Shown here one piece after another: positions 36,637-50,081 of a DNA stretch of 64,000 nt; positions within the stretch are counted from its first letter, which is position 1, and the number at the start of each line of letters is the position of its first letter. The DNA lies in assembly GCA_035084275.1 (NCBI GenBank), contig CM068768.1:2914001-2978000 (forward strand), in the 5' to 3' direction. Source of the stretch: Hydrolagus colliei. Lineage: Eukaryota. Made by a program: the position numbers and the translations under genes. A model generated the notes under the pieces. That model worked only from the letters and a program-made list of their open reading frames with translations. It had not been told where the DNA came from and searched no databases.

Positions 36637-38002
36637 AGTTATATGCAAAGGAACATTTGCATTTATCACGTCTGGCCCTCAGTTTTGCTGCAACTCCTGA
36701 TCCATTTTGACATAGCAACCCTATATTAGATCAATAAGTGGGTAGGAATCATCATAAGTTTTAAATATCACTTCACCGTGATGCTGGTTATTTATAAATA
36801 TGACAACAATGCATGTAAACCCAATGACCCTAATGTAATGTGTATGCTGTGTGCTGAAATATACGAAAAGTTGACTATATACCTTGCAAATGCATCAGCA
36901 CAATTTGACTTGGAAATCCTGTTAGAGAGAGGCATCGGGAAAGAAGAGTCGACGGGGGTATTTTAAGTAGAATGTAGAATAGTCCCCAATATGCATGTAT
37001 AGCCAGGAAAGCGTGTTTGAGGGGGAAGGAGTCGAGGGTGGGTGTGGGGGGGTGGGGGGGAGAGAGAGAAGGAACATAACCATATCTGAATACTTCCGAC
37101 AAGCGGAAACGTTAGAAGCGGGCAAATATGTAAAGCAGTTACTGATAAAAAATCAGGACGCAACCGTGTAGGAAATCTATCGAATTGAGGATTTAAATAA
37201 ATGGATTCTCCAACCATCCAACCACGTCACCTCCCCGCCACCTCACACACCAACTATCACGTGAACCATTCACTGGTCTGCGTTGCAATGCAAGGTGTAC
37301 ATCTCACTTGTCTTTCTCGAACAGAAAGAGTTTTAAACTCACGTACGAATAATTAGCCAAATGCAGTGTAATGAGCTATTTTAAAAGCACAGGTTCAGCG
37401 CTTTAACCCTTATTGTATTTATTTACAGTTTGGATTTTTAAAAAATCCTCTTTGCATCACAATGTCTAAGATATTCGTGATATTGTTGAATTAGTAACAC
37501 TCAAAACACTCTCATAACGAAAGTAACTTGTAAAAACAAAAAAAGTGCGAGAAAATAAAGTGTAAAAAATTGTTATATCTATATTAATACTGTCACTGAC
37601 TGGTCGGAAATGCAAAAATGTGATTTAAAAAATATCCAAAGTCTAATCGATTGATTAACTGCAGACATTGATTTTCTTTTCCTCTGGCCATTTCAGGATT
37701 TAGCCTAATTCAATATAATTTTACCCTTAGTATGGTTTTTTAAAACTTGAACAAAATGTATTATTTAAAAAATATTAGGAACAACATTTCTATACAATTG
37801 AACTTATTTTGAAAGTTTCAAAGGTGTTTTACAGACTATTTTTGAATCGCAATTAGGTTGTAACAGGATTGCCTTAGAGCGGTTGAGGTAGGACAAATTT
37901 CACAGAGAGATAAAATTATATCATATATATCAGTTTACTTCAGTTGCCAGCAATTCACTTTTAACGGTTATATTTGCACAATCCCAATCTGTTTTGTGGT
38001 CA

Positions 38003-38058
38003 GAAATACAGCATGTATTTTAACTGTTTGAAATACATGCTGTATTTCAAACAGTTAA
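38003..38058. repeat. Two overlapping perfect 18-bp inverted repeats
   Basis: 38020-38037 pairs with 38041-38058 (3-nt loop); 38003-38020 pairs with 38031-38048 (10-nt loop). Confidence 0.95.
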
Positions 38059-39199
38059 TTAAAAAAGGAAATTTGCCGAGAAAAAAGTGCCAAATATTTA
38101 ATTTGTATCTATTTTATTCTTGCGGAGATCATCATATCTTTATTTTTGTGTTATATTGAATTACCTTGCAATTAACAATTGATTTTCTTTTATGCACATT
38201 ACTTGGTATGCATATGCATGATATGTGTTATATTTGGTTAATTGTTTAAAATACCATGAATAAATGTTCCATTATTCCCTTAAACATTTTACAAAATTTC
38301 AGACATGTGTAATGACATTTTGAAAAGTTTTAAATACAGTATCAGAACAATTTTAAAAAAATGAAAAACTGGTTTGAAACTAACATTGAATGAATCCCAT
38401 TAGATTACTGTAATCCCATTATTTCACATTAATAGCCACGCAGTACTTTTAAAAAAAACTTGACTATTTGGTGTTCAAATTGTGCTAGATTTTACGACAA
38501 AGGTGTGCACATTGGATATGTTTGAACAAAATAAGATTGTTTTGAATAAGTCAAATCTTAGATTCCTATGTTCAACAAGTTAACCACAAATCTGAAAAGT
38601 TGCAAAATTTCTCAACAGTCAATATACATATATTAAAACTGGCTTCTATAATGGCAGATAACATCGAATACGCTGTGTCCATATCTCATAAATAAAGCCT
38701 AACACTTTAAAAATGTCATTAATGTAGAATCACTATAATTCAATATTATGGCGTTCCGTTAGTTGTAATAAGAAAGTACTTTGTAAATAGTAACCCAAAT
38801 TGGGAGTACTTTTCTCAACTTAACGTAGTATTTTAAATACTCATGCTTCGTTTGTTAATTCTAGCAATTTCTGAAAGTTTACATTACATTTGTATCCCAG
38901 AGAGAGAGAATTGATATAATGGTTACTTAAGGCACCTTTCAATACTGTGTTGTATGAGTCTGATATTGGTAATCTTTATACTTCCGTGACCAAGTATCCT
39001 TTGCGTCTGCGTGAAAGTGAAGAAGAATATTATTAATTTAACGAGATAGATTCTATGGTTTCACTGGTCTCTTAATAAAGAATAGTCGGTAATAATTTCA
39101 GCAGCTTATTGTTTTTCTACGCCTATTTTTTAATCTTAAAACACAAACAGGAATAGTCAGTCCACTTCACAAACCTATATTTTACTGCTTTACACACAG

Positions 39200-39278
39200 C
39201 GTCTCGTAAAAATCCTAACTGCCGTTCACCGTGTGTTATAAACAATAACAGGATGTGGTTTTATAGCGCTTTATAGTT
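39200..39278. promoter_or_regulatory. Cdx/posterior-Hox site cluster upstream of HoxB8
   Basis: CTCGTAAAA, GTTATAAA and TTTTATAGCGCTTTATAG. Confidence 0.45.
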
Positions 39279-40124
39279 TCTTAATCTCTTTCCTATAGTT
39301 CTCAAATGACTCTTACTTGTTCCAGTGTCCATCCTGGCACCAGATTAAAAGCTTTATTAATAATAGCAAAACGGATCATTAAAATCTTAAATACAAAGAC
39401 ACCATCTCTCCCTGCGAACAAATGTTTATTTTGAGGGTTTTTGGGGGGATATAATTTGGGATAGACAGCAATAGGACAAGCGGTACGCTGCAATAACTTG
39501 GACGAAACATAGCAATTATACGCGAAGTTGATGGTAATTAGGTTTCAGTTTTGCTACTGTACTTTCGCGTCTTGTTGATGTAACTCTGACCTTTGAAAGA
39601 GAAGCATTTTCTCATTAAATGCTCTGCAAATTAACGTCTGACTGTCTATCCTTTATATACACAGCATGGATACTTCCCAAAATCAATCTTTTGGTGGCGT
39701 ATGTATTTCATCTGTTGTAAAGCGGCTGATATCCCAGTAATGAACATGGTTGAATATATTAATCCGCATATTCCCCCCTCTCTATCTTTCTTTCATTCCC
39801 TCTCTCTCTCACCATTCCTCTTTCACGCGGTGCGGTGTCCGTACGGAGTAAGCGAAGCCAATAGGACGTGGTTGAGGTAATAAATGCAAATTATCATGAA
39901 AAGAGACTGCAAAATATGAAACAACTCATTTGGGCTGAAGTAAATCACAGAAAACTGTTTATGAGGTGCACCTCTCCACAATGATGTGATCCAAGAACAT
40001 TGTATATGGCAATCAATAGGATGAAGGCGTAATTTTAGCGTTTGTTTTTGTTTGTTCGCCTCACAGACTGTGTACCGAGCACTAAGTTGCTTCTTTTGCG
40101 CAGAAACATTCTCACTTCTTCCCA

Positions 40125-40551
40125 ATGAGCTCGTACTTTGTGAATTCGCTGTTTTCTAAGTATAAAAGTGGGGAGACTTTGCGCCCCAGTTATTATGACT
40201 GTGGCTTCACTTCGGATCTCAGCGGCAGACCCACCGTGGTTTATGGCCCCGGCACCGGGGGAAGCTTCCAGCATCCAAGCCAGATTCAGGAGTTTTACCA
40301 CCATGGACCATCTTCCCTCTCCACCTCCGCGTATCAACAAAATCCATGTGCCGTGACGTGTCACGGGGATCCCGGCAATTTCTACGGCTACGATGCTTTG
40401 CAGAGGCAGCCAATTTTCGCCGCCCAACAAGAGACCGACTTGATCCAATACTCCGATAGCAAATCAACCGCAAACAGCTTAGGAGAAGAGGCAGAGCATT
40501 CAGAACAGAGTTCCTCTCCCACGCAGCTCTTTCCCTGGATGAGACCGCAAG
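40125..40551 (+). CDS. HOXB8: Homeobox protein Hox-B8, exon 1
   Basis: [26 protein letters not shown] and the [12 protein letters not shown] hexapeptide. Donor CAAG|GTGAGG, phase 1. Confidence 0.97.
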
Positions 40552-40922
40552 GTGAGGTTTTAAAGCCGAATCGGAGAGGGAGAGGGAAGACAACAAGAGG
40601 GGAAAAAAAACGTTTTAAAAAAAACACAGAAAGGGCATTTCCTCAGCCAATAAGGGAAACAGTGGATTTTTACTGTTTTATGATTCTAAACTTCAGCACG
40701 TGAATTACTTTATAGTTTTAATGATCCTGTAGGCGTATTTTAAATGTGTTATATTGCGTACTATTTGTAGTTTTATTGCACTTTTATGGCGTATTTTACC
40801 TACGGTGATGAATGCTGCTTCAGAAGCTTCCGTATAAGAGTTACAAAAGCCTCACACAGCTCTCTCTCTCTCTCTCTCTTATCCCCTCCTCCCTGCATTT
40901 CTTTCCTCTCTTTATTTCCCAG

Positions 40923-41206
40923 TAGCTGGAGGAAGGCGAAGGGGCAGACAGACATACAGCCGCTATCAGACACTAGAACTTGAAAAGGAGTTTTTGTTCA
41001 ATCCCTACCTGACCCGCAAAAGACGGATCGAGGTATCACACGCCCTGGGACTGACCGAGAGGCAAGTCAAAATTTGGTTCCAGAACCGACGAATGAAATG
41101 GAAGAAAGAGAACAACAAAGACAAGTTTCCAAGCACCAAGTCTGAATCAGAAGACACTCCGAAGGAAAAGGGGGGTAAAGAGGAACCAGAGGAAGAGAAA
41201 GATTAA
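40923..41206 (+). CDS. HOXB8: Homeobox protein Hox-B8, exon 2; 236 aa (235 aa with the distal NAGNAG acceptor at 40926)
   Basis: CCCAG|TAG|[69 protein letters not shown]. Confidence 0.97.
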
Positions 41207-41550
41207 TAACTCAAACATTTAACAAAATTGGTGATAATAGAATGATGTAGACAGATTTTAAAAAGAGAAATCCGAACAAATTTTATTGATTGCCGTTTGA
41301 TACTAAATATTGTATGAAAATGTATTGAGGTGTATGTAGAGTAAACGAACATTTCAACTTTTTACCAGGTGTATGCATTGCGTAGTGTAACATGCTATTT
41401 GTTTTAAGTGTATTCTTGTAACATCGTTTAACGTGAAATTTTTGGGAAGCGTGTGCTAGTGTGTGTTGATGCTTTGACTGCTCTAGAATATTCAAGCCAA
41501 GTGTGCACTATTACAGCTAATAATCATTAGCTCAAAAGAGAATAAAACAA

Positions 41551-41572
41551 CCCAACAACATGAAGCTGCCTA
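41551..41572 (+). promoter_or_regulatory. Extensively complementary miR-196 target site in the HoxB8 3' UTR
   Basis: CCCAACAACATGAAGCTGCCTA pairs along all 22 nt of miR-196a, with G:U wobbles at miRNA positions 5 and 8. Confidence 0.9.
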
Positions 41573-42529
41573 TTTAGATTTTCTAGATTGTGTTATTGTT
41601 TACGTCTGTACTGTATTTATAAGAATGTTTCCAGTTGGGATGTGCAAAGTGGAGATAGTTTTTTTAAGGAAAAAGGTGATCCTTAAAATTTTTAACTGTG
41701 AGAAAAGTCTACTGTACACGTTACTTGCTTTTATTGCGAGGGCCGGTGATGCATTATTGTGATACATGAGGTCGGTCTGTTGTTTGAACGTGCAAGCGGC
41801 GGGAAAGGACACAATAAACTTTACAACCGAAAACCTAACTGAAATTGCTGGCTGTTTATTAAAAAACAGGAATTTCTGCTAATCTAACTGATGGTCGAAA
41901 AAGCCTAAACCAGAAGAAGTGTTGGCTACACAGGCTTGGTTACAGTGCAGTACTTTATAGATGGACATGTTGATGAAAATGCTTATGAAAACACAAACAC
42001 AACTCCTTCCTCCGTCTAAGTCAATCAGCCTTCGCCACGTTATAATGTAATCCATTAACATGTTAGCGATTTACCTGACTCATTCGCATTCATAATCTCC
42101 CCCTAATAAAGACCGAATGTCAACACAAATCTCTTCTATGGTTATTTCTTATAAATATAATTGTGTGTTTGTTTTGTAGTAACTATTATTATTGTGGCAG
42201 TGTTAATAAAAACACCATTTATCGGACAAGCAGTTTCCTCGTGAAGGTACCTATTACTTAAAGTTGTAATGCGCGCAGCGTCACAGTGTAAGAGGACAAA
42301 AACCTCTTTTGACAAATGCATTGTTTCCTCAGAGCCCAGCTACAGAGAGCCAATCGATATACATATATATACATATATGTTCTGCTGCAAAGTACTTAAC
42401 AATCTATCCAGTTTTTAAACTTAATCTGTTCTAATTCAAGTTCTCAGCATCATTAGGAGCTTGGAAGAATTTTGGGGGGATTATAGAATTTTTTAATCAT
42501 CCAGAAAAGAACCAGTGGGAAGCCGAGAT

Positions 42530-42655
42530 TTCATTGGGCCGCTGCGTCACGTGCTGAAATCACGTGTAACGGGAGGAAAAAGGGGGTTCTTTCGGTGTAA
42601 ATCTGGACTCTAATTCCGTAATATATCACCGTACCTCGTAAAACCGACACTGAAA
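42530..42655 (+). promoter_or_regulatory. HoxB7 promoter / conserved 5' leader
   Basis: ATTGG, two CACGTG (42548, 42561), TAAATCTGGACTCTAATT and CTCGTAAAACCGACAC, typical of PG7 promoters. Confidence 0.7.
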
Positions 42656-42685
42656 CGTCCTGGCCCACAAATCACCGGCCAAATT

Positions 42686-43085
42686 ATGAGTTCATTGTAT
42701 TATGCGAATGCTTTATTTTCCAAATATACAGCTGGAACTTCTGTTTTTCCGACCGGGGTATTTTCGGAACCAACTTCTTGTGCTTTTGCCTCAAACTCCC
42801 AGCGACCGAGCTATGGTTCGGGATCTGCATCCTTTGCAGCGACCATGCCGGGTCTATACAGCTCAGCTAACAGCATCCACCACCAGACCCCGACCATGTA
42901 CACGTCTGCCTACGGTCTCAACGCGAACTCCTTTAACATGCACTGTTCCTCTTTCGATCAAAATATCTCTTCACTGATGTGCGGTGCTGGGGATTCTTAC
43001 AAGCAGAGTTGCAGCAAGTCAGAGCTGAGAGAGACAGACTCCCAGTCCGAGAACTTCCGGATCTATCCCTGGATGAAAAGCTCAG
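42686..43085 (+). CDS. HOXB7: Homeobox protein Hox-B7, exon 1
   Basis: [34 protein letters not shown] and NFRIYPWMK. Donor TCAG|GTATGT, phase 1. Confidence 0.97.
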
Positions 43086-43621
43086 GTATGTGAATGTCGG
43101 ATAATAAAACCTCTTGTGGGGTCTGTGAATTACTTTATTGCATTTTCCGATGTCGTGTTTATTTATGACGCTCACTGAAAGTTTTTTTTGGGGGGGTGGG
43201 CGGGTGGTGGAATAAAATGCACTTCTACTGGCAATCAATTCGTTTCTGTTGGGGTATTTGAATGGGTCGCAATGCAAAACTGTCGAATCTACTCGGGGTT
43301 TAAAAAGCAAAATGAGAGACAAAGCCACACGATAAGAAAGTTGTACATCCTCAGTTGTATAGACCACCGATACGAAGACTAGGTGGACTGCAATACACAT
43401 TATTTCCTCTGGAAACGATTGTATTGTCGTCCACCTAGTCCCGGTGACTATTGCTGCCACAGACGAGCCGCGCAAACATAAGGTCTAAACTGCTTAGATC
43501 AACTCCCTTGTCTTTCCGCGTTTCCATTAAACACGGTGTTTACGATTATCCGGGTTGAAGTTTTTGCCTTTATTTTTAAGTTTCTTCCTCCATTGGGTGC
43601 CATGAAAACGGGAAGGAAAGC

Positions 43622-43706
43622 GGGGGAGGGGGTGGGGAGGAGGGGGTTGGTGGGGGTGAGGGGGGGGGGGGCGGGGGGGGGGGGGGGGGGGGTGAGGCGG
43701 GGGGGA
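43622..43706 (+). repeat. Long G-run tract (G-quadruplex-prone) in the HoxB7 intron
   Basis: At least nine runs of four or more G in about 85 nt. Confidence 0.9.
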
Positions 43707-44538
43707 GCAGAACATATAAATAGCAAGCGCGTGATAAATGGAAACAGCAAAAGTGCAGAAAAACTTCCATTAAATATTTAGAAAGACGCCACGGATTAAA
43801 GGGTAGTTGTTTAAATGTGAACGTGTAACCTTGTTTTTTTGGTGGCCGGGGTTAGCATATGTGGCAGTTTGTACCGTATAAAATACAAAGGGCTTTTTCA
43901 CCATTTGTCTATTTCCGCGGCTCGTGTGTCCAATGCAAACTAATAGGCAATTTCCACACAGTTTTGCCCTGTCCTCAATGTTTGCTGAATTTCAAAGCCG
44001 CAGTGCGTGCATTGGTTGTGTTTGGAGATGATCTGTTCTCACAGTAAAAAAACCAGACACAATGCACCAACGTGTTTTTTTTTCTAAAAATCAATCGCGG
44101 CCTCATTTCTAAGCTACCTGTCAGTTTCAGGTTACACGCATTAATTCCGAAAATCCTAGAAACTATCTCGGGATAGAATAACGACCATCTTTCAATAGGA
44201 CACCTCTGCTTAAAAACCGCAAATACAGATATTTGCTTCCCTTTTTTAAAAAAAACCCTCCAACCGTAATTTAAGGCGGGACATTGTTTAGAGTTTTATT
44301 AGAAAAGAACGGTTTATAGCGTAAGTATCCTGGAAACAGTTACAACCCCCTCCCATAACTACACAAAGTCTGCTATCCAACCTTCCATTATGGGATTTTA
44401 ATCTAAACTTAATGTTAATTATGATTAACTTTTTTCAGGATACTTGCACTTATAAGTGCATGATACTTTGGATAAAAAAATGGAAAAATATTGAAACGCT
44501 CTAAACAGAATACTGTACAGAACTTGTTTTATGAATGA

Positions 44539-44817
<279 letters not shown>

Positions 44818-44913
44818 AGAAAAGTGATCCATGAAATACTTTGAGGCTGAAACTGAAATGACTTGTACTAAATGGAGTGATATACTCTTCATTTCTTAAC
44901 ACTGAAACAGAAT

Positions 44914-44921
44914 ACTACCTA
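44914..44921 (+). promoter_or_regulatory. miR-196 8mer seed site in the HoxB7 3' UTR
   Basis: ACTACCTA about 100 nt after the stop codon. Confidence 0.7.
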
Positions 44922-45635
44922 AAATGTAACTTGTGTTTTATTTTTAGTTTGTTTTGTACAAATTAGATGGAATAACCAACTGAAATTGTACAACTACAGT
45001 TCTATATTGTCTGTGTATTTGTGGTCCCACAGTGGTGACTTGGTTGTTACTGTATACTTTAGGCCCATTTGTTTAAATGAAATTTATTCAGTGACTATAT
45101 ATTTGTTACTGTATCGATGTAATTTCTTGTCAGTGAGTATAGACTAAAAGGGAGCTTAATGTAACCATTGAGTCGTGTACAGATCAATATAAGTGTATGG
45201 TGTAAACTCCTGTTATAGTTATATATAGAACAGATAATGCTGTTTTGGTGGAAGCGTTTGTTGAATGTAACTTTCGTGTACATTTTCATATTTAAATATG
45301 GGCTGATTTGATGTGTTTGCTCCTTAATCACGAAGGGTGTAAACTTTTTTGTGAAATAAATAAAATTAGATTGTTTTCCGTTATTTACACATCTTGTAAC
45401 CTTGCGGATATTCTGCGCAAAATGCCTTCTCTGCAGTAGGAATTCCCAAATGAAATGGAAGATTACAGGCCCCCTTGTTGGCCAAGACCCTTTAGTCAAA
45501 GTAACTCACACGAGTAGAATCATTTCTATTTCTGAATCTCTATTAACCCAATTATATCAAAAGCCTGATCACTCTCCCCCTTCCCTCCATCACACACCCC
45601 CAGTCTCCATCTCTCGCTCGCTCTCTATGTGTGTA

Positions 45636-45690
45636 GATATATATATATATTTACTTATATATATATATATATATATACTTATATATACAC
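45636..45690. repeat. Interrupted (TA)n microsatellite
   Basis: Direct reading. Confidence 0.85.
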
Positions 45691-46687
45691 ACATCAAAAT
45701 TCTATCATAAAAGGTGGAAAATATCCATGTCTATGTATTTACAAAGCTTTCTTTTAATTCTACATAAAGATACATTTGTAACGAGCGAATCGGAAACAAT
45801 GCGTCGGCTCTGAGCCGCAAAGCACGTACTAACTGGTAACAGTTGCAACCTTTGCAACCAATTTAATGTCAATATCTAATTAAACGTATGGAAGTAGAAT
45901 TTATGAAAATAATTAACTGATTGATTTGTCCGGTAATAGCTCGCTTCAATTAAAATTATTTGGTCTTATGATGGACGAGACAATATTTCGTTGTGGTATA
46001 AACTGAAATGGAACGATTCCACATTAACACAAAAGAACCATAGTCAATATTGAATCAGATCTGTTGTAAACATGGTTTTATTTAATGTAATGTTATGATG
46101 TATTCTTCCTCTTTTAGAAACATAAACAATCATTATTCACCAGTCTCTGAAAATCAAAATATGTGCGTTCTTCTCACCGGGATTAACTTGACTTAGAAAA
46201 TCGACCGTTTAATCTTAATAAAGGGATTTTTCAATATATTTCGAGGTGAATATCAGTGAATTTAAAGAGGTAAATGTGCATTTTGCCATTGTTAAACAAA
46301 GTATTCTTCTATGCATTATAGAATAAACCCGAGCGAATTTCGTTCAGTCCTGTTTCTTACCATATATTTTATGAATAATTTCTGTGGCAACTCAAGCAGC
46401 ATTTTCGTGAATAATTCCGCGTGAAACACAGTGAGGGGGAAATGAAGAAAAACACCATCACCTTCGAAACACAGTATATATTTTCCCACAAAATAATTCG
46501 CATTTAGTTAAGGGTGCTGCATAAAGGAGGTGACCAAAAGGTGGAATACGCCAGAGAAGGATGGTTTCATTCATTTGATGTAGAAAATATTGAAATCCAC
46601 TTACTTAAAACGGAGATATTTTTGTAAGGGAAGAAATCAAAAGTTTTTTTTCAAAAAAATATGAAAAAGGCAGTTTCCTTACGCACC

Positions 46688-46890
46688 AAACATGGCGGCC
46701 AGGAGGCTTGTTGTTAGTAGTCATGAAGAAACGCAATAAATTCCTTGTTGTTTTATGAAAATTTACAACTTTGTGATAGAACTTTATGAGTGGATCTGTC
46801 CTTCCATTGGCCGTTGCCGGTCATGTGGATAGCAACCGTGAACATGAACTTTTTATGATTTCCCATGTGAGTATATTGCAGCATTCTTTT
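46688..46890 (+). promoter_or_regulatory. Highly conserved non-coding element between HoxB7 and HoxB6 (probable distal promoter)
   Basis: YY1-like AACATGGCGGC, then GCAATAAATTCCTTGTTGTTTTATGAAAATTTACAACTTTGTGATAGAACTTTATGAG, ATTGG, GGTCATGTG and GTGAACATGAACTTTTTATG. I recognise this as a paralog-shared Hox CNE. Confidence 0.75.
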
Positions 46891-46978
46891 GGCCACTGCA
46901 CCTTGGGTCGGATCTATGTGCTCCTGGGGGCTTCTGTAGCTTTTTAAAAAACTTTGATAGTTACTATAAGAGGTACAT

Positions 46979-47017
46979 ACACACACACACACATACACAC
47001 ACACACACACACACACA
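46979..47017. repeat. (CA)n microsatellite
   Basis: Direct reading. Confidence 0.9.
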
Positions 47018-50000
47018 AAGTAAACAATACTTTTGTTATCTTTGACTTGACTGTCGATTGGGAATTTCAGGGATGACTGGTGAAACGCAAATTTCAATGC
47101 TGTGGATGATATCATTTTTCAAAGAGATTCGGTTCCTGACTTCCAGCGGACGCGAAAACTCTGGAACGATTCGCTGCAGCAGGTCGGCTATCAGAGGGGG
47201 ACAATATTGTCCGTGAAGACAATTGTGTTGCTCTCCAAATGAGGGAAGAGATGATTTAAAAGTCACAGCTGATCCTAAGAGGGTAAGACAAATATTAGTA
47301 TTTCTTGTATATTTGATTGCGTTCTTCTTGTCAATATTTGAAGTGGAATTCTCTTACGAAATCTAGTGCGATTAATAGGAAACTTGTTGACCTCAGTGGA
47401 CGACCATTATTTTATTCAAAGTAATACACAACAAGTATGGGAAGTTATTTGGTCAGTTTTAATGAGCGACGTGGCTTTGGGATTGATTTTTGGTGGTAAG
47501 CTATGTTCCTTCAGACATCTCTGTTGTATAATTGTGTATTCCCTTTACCCTATGGCGTGTTGACAAATTTATCATTGCGTTCGGTATTCTGGTAACGTTA
47601 GACGCGTTCGATAATGTTCATCATTTCTCAGGGGCCATTTATTACGTAAACAATTTTATAAATTTTATCAAGAGATACCAGTAATTAGCACAGTAGAATT
47701 CAATCCTGGTGACGTATAGTCGTATTCCAATTGTGATAAAATAGTGGTATTTCCCTTTTCTGATAAGTGGATTATTATTGATTGTGGCTGAGATAAACAT
47801 TTTGCGCTATGATTGTACACAGAGTGTAAAATGCCATTCATCATTTGTTGCGGTTATTGTGTTGGGAAGCTTCCGACGGTTTCAGTTTACATCTATAGTG
47901 GGTGATATCTCTTGTGATCATATAAGATGGCGTTTAGTTGACTGTGGTCTGAGCGTTTAGCAACGGAAAGGCCCAGTAGCTTCGTATTAATATCATATTA
48001 ATGTATCAGGGTTCCGAGGAGGGGGGTGGGGGGGTGGGGGAGGCGTCGGAGAGAAAGAAAAGATTCGTTGCTCTCGATTGCCATCTAGCGCTCAATCGGG
48101 TCGAACGAGCCGGAAAATGAGAGGGAAAATCGGCTAAACTGGATTTGGTTTAAAACCACAATTATTTGGGGGTCATCAGAAACTGTGGCTTTGGGATTTT
48201 GCAATTGTATTCATTGTTTTGTTTATACCGTTTCATCAGTGCCTTTTACGTATTCGCTTTGTCCTATTTCAACTCTGTCCTATTTCACACGCAATGCTAA
48301 TTGTGATACAATTTTATTTACAAATACTGTATATATATATATACATATCGTCTGTTTTGAAAGATAACATGGTAATAATCCTGACCCTGAGATCCTCGCC
48401 GCGCGGTTGGAATGTGTCTAATACTCCTGCGATAGGTTGCGGTTGCTGTTTCTATTTCCAAATGCTTTGTGTGAATACCAGCCTATTCATGTTAAAGTAA
48501 ATAGCCAAACTCATTGTAACCTGTGGTCACTTGCCGACACCATGGAATATTTTCAATGTTGCATCTAAATTAACTGTCGTGGAGTTATTTTAAACGCGCT
48601 TGGAGACATTCTCCATGTGGAATAATTCTTGACTTTAGGTATGCAAATCTGTACCAAGCCTAGATCGTTTTATTCCTGCACAATTGGGAATTGTACAGTA
48701 TTCCCTGACTGCTATTGTTCATTGTAGGTTCAAAACACCCTAAACGTTTGAGTGTATATATAGTTGTATTTAAGTAATGTCATACATTGATCCGAATCTC
48801 CTTAATTTCCCCCTCCTATATTTCCCTAAAAAGGAGTTCATATATTTTCGCTGACAAAGGGCTGCTGAAATTTGAAATATAATGCAGGTAATGTTATTGG
48901 CGACAATAAACACAATTTCTCCGGCGGATATTCAATTTTTTAAAAATATGTACAACTAAAAGATTTAGCGCAGAGCAATATACTGCATAGAAAAAAACAA
49001 TTGATTTTACCTTTCCATGGATGCTCAAACAAAAGCATTTCTATGATTTGCTCAAATGGAAGTAATGAAATTCTTGCTAATGTAACCAGCGCCTCACTTT
49101 TTGATTAACATATAAGGTTACCTCAAAATGCAATATACCACCTGGTTATATAACTACGATACATTCTTTACACCGAATGTCTCTGTTTCTGTGACTTTTC
49201 ATCAACAAACCGAATTGTGCTCCAATAAGAGAGTGTAGTTGATATGAATAGACAGAACAGGTTTATTAGATACTTTATAATAAATTTAAAACATGTGTGA
49301 AGAAAGTCAAGGTAAAGATAAACAAAGTATTCCTCACAAAGTCCAAACAGTGACAAAGGATAAAAAGGAAACAGTTGAGTTAAATAAACCTGACAACATA
49401 CAATTGATTTTAATGACAATGCTGACTTGCAGTGGATAAATAGGTTTCACTCTAACGGAATGCCAATACTTCCAGGAGGTTCACCGTTTGCCATTCTAAT
49501 GGGCATCTCTCAAAATGAGTCCCTTCGTAAAGTTTATTCAGTAATCTTTAACAGTTTGCTTTGTTTCCCCCCACTGAAATCCACATCTTGGAAAACAAGG
49601 AAAATTGTCGGCATATTGAAACGAACAGACAAGCAGAAACTGTGTTTTCATATCTAGTAACCCTCTCTAAACAATTCAGGATATTCTTAAAACAGATGTT
49701 TAAAACCAGGAAGTGGCGCATTCCTGGAACAAGTTTTTCACAAATGTCATTCATAAATAAAATAAATCTCTGCAAACATTTCATGGTATGAACGCTAAAG
49801 CTATTCCATCATTCTGCCAATTTGTTTTGTTTTCGCAAAAAAAGTCAATGTTTTTGAACTACATCTGATTTGAAATGCTATAAGATTGCACATATGAACT
49901 AGCATTGCCTCTACTTTTAATTAAGTAACATGATATATTTTACTCATCTGAAACATAGAAAAAAAATATTCAAAATATCTCTAAATCACAAAAATTTGAA

Positions 50001-50081
50001 TGAAAGTAGCGAAATATACTATTTCAATGTATTCTTATGTTTTTAAATGTATAGTTTAAGCATACAATAAATCATAACATT

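Noticed and set aside
29567-43475. Long antisense ORFs over Hox exons (29567-29971, 40035-40448, 40219-40596, 42933-43475)
   Set aside because: Shadow ORFs of GC-richer coding exons with no recognisable domains.
48078-48091. Minus-strand CTCF-like motif GCGCTAGATGGCAA
   Set aside because: It lacks the leading CC and the context looks repeat-derived; too weak to list without a matrix score.
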